From: Spirochaetales bacterium
GTDB taxonomy: Bacteria > Spirochaetota > Spirochaetia > JABEVK01
Length of the DNA: 19,734 nt
NCBI GenBank assembly: GCA_037142615.1
Contig: JBAXAI010000055.1
Coordinates: 1 to 19,734, forward strand
Direction: 5' to 3'
In this document: in pieces, positions 1 through 5,134 of the stretch
Position numbering within the stretch: the first letter of the stretch is position 1
Layout of the letters: every line of letters begins with the position of its first letter
Notes under the pieces: model-generated
Seen by the model: the letters and a program-made list of their open reading frames with translations, nothing else
What the model was told of the DNA's origin: nothing
Databases searched by the model: none
Made by a program: the position numbers and the translations under genes

Positions 1-184
1 TTGCTAGTTTCTCACCCTGGTGAACCGGCGGTAGTTCCCGGGGCTGAAGCTGCAGCTTGTGCACGAGCGGAAGCCCGACGGCCTCAAAGTTGGCGTTGAT
101 CAGGCTTTCCAGCAAAGGGAGTCCTTCGGGCTCGCCGAAAACGTGCAGGAAGACGGAATCATGGGTAAGCGGGGAATACGGCAT
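1..184 (-). CDS. Rpn-family PD-(D/E)XK nuclease (putative transposase family), 5' part only; runs off the window edge
   Basis: Manual translation from ATG at 184: MPYSPLTHDSVFLHVFGEPEGLPLLESLINANFEAVGLPLVHKLQLQPRELPPVHQGEKLA, nearly identical to the N-terminus of the 2390-3184 paralog. Confidence 0.85.
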   Translation of the reverse strand, partial: MPYSPLTHDSVFLHVFGEPEGLPLLESLINANFEAVGLPLVHKLQLQPRELPPVHQGEKLA

Positions 185-185
185 A

Positions 186-207
186 TCTTGTACCTCGAGG
201 TACAAGA
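186..207. promoter_or_regulatory. Perfect 22-bp palindrome covering the putative RBS of the Rpn gene
   Basis: tcttgtacctc|gaggtacaaga. Degenerate versions precede the other two Rpn starts (1141-1158, ~3188-3203). Confidence 0.6.
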
Positions 208-267
208 CGGGGGAATTGGGCGGTTTGCTTGCAGTTGGGGCAAGAAAACTTGCGGATTTTGTCAGAC

Positions 268-347
268 GGGGCGCCTGCCCCTCGCTCCATAAAAAAGGCC
301 GACCCTTGGCGGGCCGACCTTTTGTTATTGCGCTACCCCCTCTGGGT
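268..347. repeat. ~80-bp dispersed repeat, copy 1 (GGGGC/GCCCC mini-hairpin, terminator, Rpn stop region)
   Basis: ggggcgcctgcccctcgctccataaaaaaggccgacccttggcgggccgaccttttgttattgcgctaccccctctgggt recurs at 1190, 2075 and 19596. Confidence 0.95.
291..323 (-). terminator. Intrinsic terminator downstream of the Rpn gene
   Basis: Minus-strand RNA AAAAGGUCGGCCC-GCCAA-GGGUCGGCCUUUUUU: 9-bp stem with two G-U pairs and a U tract, 10 nt after the TAG at 333-335. Confidence 0.8.
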
Positions 348-587
348 GGTCTTCCTCTGGCTTTGGAGTTTCTCCACTTCGGGCAATTGAAGTCCAGTCA
401 GCTCGGCAACTTTGGCAACGCTCATGCCCTCATCGAGGAGCGCGACCGCGACTTCGGCTTTTCCCTTCTCGATGCCACGAACCTCGCCGACGGCCTCGCC
501 CTCGCGGTAGCCCTCGCCCCTGACGCTGACATAGTCATGGTGCTCCATGGACTCGTGGATCTCTCTGTAGACTTCAGGTTCCAGCAT
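333..587 (-). CDS. Putative internally initiated small C-terminal protein (RpnS-like antitoxin), 84 aa
   Basis: GGAGG (596-600, minus strand) lies 8 nt upstream of an in-frame ATG (MLEPEVYREIHESME...). Same arrangement in the paralog. Confidence 0.55.
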   Translation of the reverse strand: MLEPEVYREIHESMEHHDYVSVRGEGYREGEAVGEVRGIEKGKAEVAVALLDEGMSVAKVAELTGLQLPEVEKLQSQRKTTQRG

Positions 588-1138
588 CAGGTACGCCTCC
601 ATCCGTTGCTTTGCGGCGCCGAGCAGAGCAACCAAATCGGCAGGGCCGTTGGCTGGGCTCGTCTCGGGCTTCTCTAGGAATCTGCCCCAAATGGCCGCTT
701 TTTTCAACAGGGAACGGCTGCCCGACGCGCGAAGCAGTTTGGGCAGTTCCACGAAGATGAAACCCAGATGAGCTGTTTGCGGCAGCCGAAAGTGATGCAG
801 CCACGGCCCCTTCCTCGAGATTTCATACTCGAGAAAGTTCAGCGAAATAACCGGCTTCAGGGTCGTATAGTCCTCGCCTTTTGGGAGCTGGCGCGCAAAC
901 AATCGAGCCCAGTAGAACAGGGTGCGTTCGAAGAAGGCGGGCTTGCGGGTGGTCTGCACCTCGACGTTAATCATTCGGCCGGTTTCATCTTCGGCCAGAA
1001 TATCGAGGATGGCCAACTTCTCGCCGTTGTGTTCCGGAGGCAACTCTCGAGGTTGGAGTTGCAGTTTGTGGACGAGCGGAAGGCCTTCCGGCTCTCCAAA
1101 AACGTGCAGGAATCATGGGTAAGCGGGGAATACGGCAT
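333..1138 (-). pseudogene. Rpn-family nuclease, frameshifted near the 5' end; downstream ORF (333-1043) is open
   Basis: ATG at 1138 matches the paralog starts. Versus the 1-184 copy it has a 7-nt deletion (GTCTTCC, ~1110) and a 48-nt deletion (LPLLESLINANFEAVG, ~1080). The LDILAEDETGRMINVEVQ nuclease motif is retained. Confidence 0.8.
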
Positions 1139-1189
1139 GTTTGTACCTCGAAGTACAAGACGGGGGAGTTGGGCGGTTTGCTTGCGGTT

Positions 1190-1269
1190 GGGGCGCCTGC
1201 CCCTCACTCCATAAAAAAGGCCGACCCTTGGCGGGCCGGCCTTTTGTTATTGCGCTACCCCCTCTGGGT
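1190..1269. repeat. ~80-bp dispersed repeat, copy 2 (terminator 1213-1245)
   Basis: Near-identical to 268-347, but lies downstream of the DUF2442 gene rather than an Rpn gene. Confidence 0.95.
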
Positions 1270-1280
1270 CTTCGGTGGAG

Positions 1281-1520
1281 TCACTTGACAGGCACCGACA
1301 GCTCGTACAAATCCTCGGGGTCGAGATCGAGGCCATTGGCCCACTCCACCGTCCCGTACGCGACGCTCGTCTGTGAAAACACCGACCAATCCTGCAACTG
1401 CGCGAACAGTCCCCTCGTCAGGAAGGGGGTCACGTCGAAAATCTTGGTTTCCAGAGTGTCGAACCTGAGCCAGAGGCGGTGTTCCGGCATGGGTTTCACT
1501 TCCACCACGTGATGAATCAT
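1281..1520 (-). CDS. DUF2442-family protein (putative antitoxin)
   Basis: 79 aa with V..V.P...HRLWLRF...E.K.FD and GTVEWANGLDLDPEDLY, typical of DUF2442; directly follows a DUF4160 gene. Confidence 0.8.
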   Translation of the reverse strand: MIHHVVEVKPMPEHRLWLRFDTLETKIFDVTPFLTRGLFAQLQDWSVFSQTSVAYGTVEWANGLDLDPEDLYELSVPVK

Positions 1521-1529
1521 GCCTCGAAT

Positions 1530-1796
1530 CTACTGGAGCGGAGCGATTTTTTCCAGCGCTTCACCGCGCCGGGCAAGATCCCAGTCGGCAAGAAGCTCCT
1601 CACGGCGGAGTTCGATCCAAGCCTCGACCAGCCGCCGTTTGCCAACCGGCAGGGTGCCGTTCAGCAGCGAACAATCGTGGATGGCAAAACTCGCCTCGAC
1701 GCCTTGGTACAGAACATGGATATGGGGCGGGTCGTGTTCGCGCGAACCGGTGTACATTCGAATCAAGATCCCGTGAAATGCAGAAATCGTTGGCAT
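1530..1796 (-). CDS. DUF4160-family protein (putative toxin partner of DUF2442)
   Basis: Start reassigned to ATG 1796 (MPTISAFHGILIRMY...EHDPPHIHV...VEAWIELRREELLADW...KIAPL), with GGGAG upstream. Confidence 0.85.
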   Translation of the reverse strand: MPTISAFHGILIRMYTGSREHDPPHIHVLYQGVEASFAIHDCSLLNGTLPVGKRRLVEAWIELRREELLADWDLARRGEALEKIAPLQ

Positions 1797-1922
1797 TTTT
1801 GTCTCCCATGGGGGAGAGACGCCGAAAACTGGTGTTCTGCTTGTGTTTTTTTGAGGGGAATGTGCTCGAACTGGGCACATTCGACGACCACCCCAAGGGG
1901 GACGCCCCCTTTACTTGGGCTC

Positions 1923-2060
1923 CTATAACCCGTTGTCGAAGTTGCGGCTTTCGATGTCGCGGAAGTACCGCACAGTGCCGACTTTGAGCTCGTCGATGGC
2001 GTGGTGCAGGGCGCGGGCTTTGTTGTGGCCGCTGACCAGGATGATCACCTCGCGGCTGTC
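1923..2060 (-). pseudogene. nagB: Glucosamine-6-phosphate deaminase C-terminal remnant with internal deletion
   Basis: Manual translation DSREVIILVSGHNKARALHHAID|ELKVGTVRYFRDIESRNFDNGL* matches two non-adjacent NagB C-terminal segments as I recall them; no start codon. Hairpin aaggggg-acg-ccccctt at 1895-1911 follows. Confidence 0.75.
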
Positions 2061-2074
2061 CCGGCTGACCTGAA

Positions 2075-2149
2075 GGGGCGCCTGCCCCTCGCTGCATAAA
2101 AAAGGCCGTACCTGATCGGGCCGACATTTTGTTATTCCGCTACCCCCTC
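2075..2149. repeat. ~80-bp dispersed repeat, copy 3 (diverged)
   Basis: ggggcgcctgcccctcgctgcataaaaaaggccgtacctgatcgggccgacattttgttattccgctaccccctc. Confidence 0.85.
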
Positions 2150-2285
2150 GAGGTTTTCGCTGGAGGTCTGACTCCGACCCCCGGTGGAATCACCTCCCGG
2201 AGCAGGCGTGGCCCGGTGCTGATTGCCCGAAAAGCCCACGGGACCGTCAGTGCCACTCTGTTCAGGGTGTGTCCCCAAGTGAGTT

Positions 2286-2365
2286 CAGACGGGGGAAAGG
2301 GGTGTTTTGCTTGCGGTTGGGGCACGAAATCTTCAGAAATCTTTCGGTGCAGTTCGCCGCGGTCT
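2286..2365. repeat. Orphan copy of the Rpn upstream module
   Basis: cagacgggggaaag...tttgcttgcggttggggca.gaaa matches 205-248 and 1158-1194; cgaaatc...gaaatctt.cggt.c.gttcgccg.ggtct matches 3242-3281. No Rpn start follows it. Confidence 0.7.
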
Positions 2366-2389
2366 TTCGCTACCCCCTCTTTCTGGGTC

Positions 2390-2578
2390 CTATAGCTTCT
2401 CGACCTCGGCCAAGGGCAGCCCCGTGATCTCGGCAATCTCGCCGGCGGGAACGTGGCGGTCTTTGAGGCGCTGGGCAATTCTGCGCTGTTCCATGCGACT
2501 AGCCTCGGCCTTGACGCTGAAGTAATCCATGCGCTCCATCGACTCGTGGATTTCTCGGTAGACTTCAGGTTCCAGCAT
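2390..2578 (-). CDS. Putative internally initiated small C-terminal protein (RpnS-like antitoxin), 62 aa
   Basis: GGAGG (2587-2591, minus strand) lies 8 nt before the in-frame ATG at 2578. Confidence 0.55.
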   Translation of the reverse strand: MLEPEVYREIHESMERMDYFSVKAEASRMEQRRIAQRLKDRHVPAGEIAEITGLPLAEVEKL

Positions 2579-3184
2579 CAGGTAGGCCTCCATTCGTTTC
2601 TTCGCGACATCAAGCAGTGCCACGAGGTCGGCGGGGCTGCCTGGTTGGTTCGCCTCGGGCTTCTCAAGGAATTTGCCCCAAATGGCGGCTTTTTTCAACA
2701 GGGATCGGTTGCCGGGCGAGCGAAGCAGTTTGGGGAGTTCGACAAAGATGAACCCGAGATGGGAAGTATGCGGCAACCGGAAATGGTGCAGCCACGGACC
2801 CTTCTTGGTGATTTCGTACTCGAGGAAGTTGAGGGAAATAACCGGCTGTAGCTTCGTGTAGTCTTCGCCTTGGGGAAGCTGTCGGGCAAAGAGCCGTGCC
2901 CAGTAGAACAGGGCTCGCTCAAAGTAGGCGGGCTTGCGGGTCGTCTGGACCTCGACATTGACCGTCCGGCCAGTTTCATCTTGGGCTAGGATATCGACGA
3001 TCGCGAGCTTTTCACCGCTGTGGACTGGTGACAACTCACGGGGCTGCAGCTGCAGCTTATGCACCAGCGGCAAGCCAACGGCTTCGAAATTGGCGTTGAT
3101 CAGGCTTTCGAGCAAGGGCAAGCCTTCGGGCTCGCCGAAGACGTGGAGAAAGACGCTGTTGTGCGTCATGGGGGAACTTGGCAT
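2390..3184 (-). CDS. Rpn-family PD-(D/E)XK nuclease (putative transposase family), intact, 264 aa
   Basis: Start reassigned to ATG 3184 by paralog comparison. VDILAQDETGRTVNVEVQ motif, ERALFYWARLF, FIFVELPK and a C-terminal IAEITGL HTH-like tail. Confidence 0.88.
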   Translation of the reverse strand: MPSSPMTHNSVFLHVFGEPEGLPLLESLINANFEAVGLPLVHKLQLQPRELSPVHSGEKLAIVDILAQDETGRTVNVEVQTTRKPAYFERALFYWARLFARQLPQGEDYTKLQPVISLNFLEYEITKKGPWLHHFRLPHTSHLGFIFVELPKLLRSPGNRSLLKKAAIWGKFLEKPEANQPGSPADLVALLDVAKKRMEAYLMLEPEVYREIHESMERMDYFSVKAEASRMEQRRIAQRLKDRHVPAGEIAEITGLPLAEVEKL

Positions 3185-3302
3185 TGGGTACCTCTGCGGT
3201 ACCAGACGGGGGAAAGAGTCGTTCTGCTTCAAAGAGAATACCGAAATCGTGGAAATCTTCCGGTACGGTTCGCCGAGGTCTGTCCAAAGGTGAGGAGAAA
3301 GA

Positions 3303-3435
3303 AACCACCGCCGTCGTTCGCCGGGGCTACCAGAAGACGGTGGTTCCACAAACCGCAAGGTCGACCTTGCGCGAAGCGTGCCGGTTCTGCGACGGATCAG
3401 GTTCCGGTCGCAGGGCTGCCCCCAGACTTCTGGGG
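3303..3435 (-). other. Hairpin-rich segment 3' of TR (candidate DGR spacer RNA)
   Basis: Inverted repeats at 3420-3435 (ccccaga/tctgggg), 3387-3413 (ctgcgac/gtcgcag), 3354-3371 (perfect 18-bp palindrome) and 3303-3345 (aaccaccg/cggtggtt). Confidence 0.55.
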
Positions 3436-4554
3436 CGGGCGAACAACCCGAAAGCCGATGTTGTTGTTCTGGTTGTTCGGGTTGTTGTTGTTCCGGTTGG
3501 ACACGGTCGCGTTGGACGCATTGTTGTTCCAACTGCCGCCGCGTAACACGCGGTTCGAGCCCGAGGCCGCTTCACGCCAGAGTCTAGCACGGAAGGCACC
3601 GCATCGGGCCAACAGGACGGCTGCATTGACGCTGACCGCCCGTTCGGATGCGATGTCTTCGGTTATGGTGCCTTCGCGAAGGTCTTGCTGGATGGCCTGT
3701 GCACGTCGGCGCATACGCTTGCGGGCCTTTTGAAGCAAGTAGATGCCGTCGCGGCGAATCAAGAAGCCCAAGAACGCAAGGCCTTGGCTGCTAGTCCCCA
3801 CCACGGCCGGCTTAAGGGTCAATTTGAGATCGACCAGGGCGAGGGCCTGGACGGCTGCCAAAGCGGCAGTGCGATCTTCGACTGCGTCAAACCACAGTAC
3901 AAAGTCGTCCATGTAGCGTACGTAGGCGCGGGGGCGGATCTGCTCCAGAATGTGATGGTCAAAACCTGATAGGTAGTAGTTGGCGAAAAACTGGCTGGTC
4001 AGGTTGCCAATGGGAAGGCCTTTGCCCGGACAGGTGCCGTAGCTGTCGATCAGCGAATCGAGGAGCAACAGAATCTGGTGGTCTTTGACCAGACGTCGGA
4101 GTAGGGTCTTGAGCACCAAGTGGTCGATGGAGTCGAAATATTTGCGAACATCGAGTTGCAGGTACAGGTTGTGGCCTTTGCCGTTGTGAAAGGCCTGCAT
4201 CACGGCGGCGTGCGTGCCCCGACCCTTGCGACAAGCGTAGCTGTGGTCTACTAGATGGCGCTCAAACAGCGGCTCGAGCACGTTCATCAGGGCATGGTGC
4301 ATCACCCGCTGGTCGAAGTCGGCCGAGCTGATAGTGCGCTGTTTGGGGTCGCTGACGACAAAACTACGATAGTGGCCCCAGTCAGGCTGGCCGCTGGCCA
4401 AGCGCGCACCAACCGCTGCCAGATTGGCGGTCAGTTGACGTGAAAAGAACACCGCCGGTGCGCTGTGCCGCTTGCCGCGAACCGCCTTGAGCCACGCCAG
4501 GCGCAGGTTTTGGTAGTCGACCACAGCATCAAGAAGTCGGCTGGCTCTTTTCAT
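3397..4554 (-). CDS. DGR reverse transcriptase, 385 aa including an in-frame TR-encoded tail
   Basis: Motifs [46 protein letters not shown] (DGR-type SQ), [12 protein letters not shown]. No group II maturase or HNH domain. Confidence 0.96.
   Translation of the reverse strand: MKRASRLLDAVVDYQNLRLAWLKAVRGKRHSAPAVFFSRQLTANLAAVGARLASGQPDWGHYRSFVVSDPKQRTISSADFDQRVMHHALMNVLEPLFERHLVDHSYACRKGRGTHAAVMQAFHNGKGHNLYLQLDVRKYFDSIDHLVLKTLLRRLVKDHQILLLLDSLIDSYGTCPGKGLPIGNLTSQFFANYYLSGFDHHILEQIRPRAYVRYMDDFVLWFDAVEDRTAALAAVQALALVDLKLTLKPAVVGTSSQGLAFLGFLIRRDGIYLLQKARKRMRRRAQAIQQDLREGTITEDIASERAVSVNAAVLLARCGAFRARLWREAASGSNRVLRGGSWNNNASNATVSNRNNNNPNNQNNNIGFRVVRPPQKSGGSPATGT
3437..3571 (-). repeat. DGR template repeat (TR)
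   Basis: 135 bp aligning without gaps to 5139-5273. Holds 36 coding-strand adenines, 30 of them in 15 Asn codons (14 AAC, 1 AAT). Confidence 0.97.
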
Positions 4555-5014
4555 CGACTTGAGGAGAAAGCTGGGCGAAGAACTTCAGAAACTGCTCACC
4601 AAACTGTTTGGTCCGGGCCTCTCCAACGCCGGGGAAGGCGGCGATGTCCTTGAGCGTGGCTGGGATTTTTTTGACCATGGCAGCCAACTGGTCGTTGGTG
4701 AAAACCGAGTACACGGGCACCGAACCTTTCTCGGCCACCGTCTTGCGCAGTTCGCGGAGTTTCTCGAACACGGCAAACTCTTGTTCTGTGAGCACTTCAC
4801 GGTAGTCGGTGCGCGGCTGGTTGGCGGAGGCGCTGCGGGTTTCGGTGCCGTATTCGACCAAGAACAACCAGCCCGTTCCCCGCTCGCCATCGACCAAACG
4901 TTTATCGACGTTGACGATGCGGTGCGAGCGTAAGAACGAATTGAGCTCATCGCACACAGTCGGCTCACCGAACGGGCTGACAAAAAAAGACGCATACTGC
5001 GTCAGCAAAGCCAT
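4529..5014 (-). CDS. HRDC-domain DGR accessory protein, 161 aa
   Basis: ATG 5014 preceded by [37 protein letters not shown]...[15 protein letters not shown] is HRDC-like. 3' end overlaps the RT start by 26 bp. Confidence 0.9.
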   Translation of the reverse strand: MALLTQYASFFVSPFGEPTVCDELNSFLRSHRIVNVDKRLVDGERGTGWLFLVEYGTETRSASANQPRTDYREVLTEQEFAVFEKLRELRKTVAEKGSVPVYSVFTNDQLAAMVKKIPATLKDIAAFPGVGEARTKQFGEQFLKFFAQLSPQVDEKSQPTS

Positions 5015-5055
5015 ACTTCCTCCCTTGGCGCGCTCGCGGGCGCCCGATTCCCTCT

Positions 5056-5103
5056 CTCCGCCGGGCTTCGGCCGCCCTTTGGCGGCACGGCCCGGCTCCG
5101 GAG
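5056..5103. promoter_or_regulatory. GC-rich stem-loop downstream of VR (candidate DGR target-recognition hairpin)
   Basis: gccgcc-cttt-ggcggc (5071-5086) nested inside gccgggc/gcccggc (5060-5066/5090-5096) and ctcc/ggag, 30-80 bp past the target stop codon. Confidence 0.55.
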
Positions 5104-5134
5104 GGCCTCGTGTGCCCACTCGAAAGACAGGTGA

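Noticed and set aside
268-2149. CRISPR array or integron attC array from the recurring repeats
   Set aside because: Repeats are ~80 bp and ~900 bp apart with genes between them; no cas or intI gene, and I could not identify attC-type RYYYAAC/GTTRRRY ends.
333-3184. Rpn genes as IS transposases
   Set aside because: No terminal inverted repeats or target duplications found; the family's 'transposase' label is not supported by demonstrated transposition.
3460-3530. (GTT)n microsatellite-like runs
   Set aside because: Fully explained as the AAC codons of the DGR template repeat.
3185-3532. 116-aa Gln-rich N-terminal extension on the Rpn ORF (2390..3532)
   Set aside because: It is an alternative-frame reading of the AAC-rich TR and spacer; paralog comparison puts the true start at 3184.
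3397-4554. Group II intron, retron or CRISPR-associated RT
   Set aside because: No maturase/HNH domain, msr-msd or cas1 is seen; the SQ motif and A-specific TR/VR pair identify a DGR.
5015-5119. 35-aa N-terminal extension of the HRDC protein
   Set aside because: Runs through the GC hairpin; a strong SD precedes ATG 5014.
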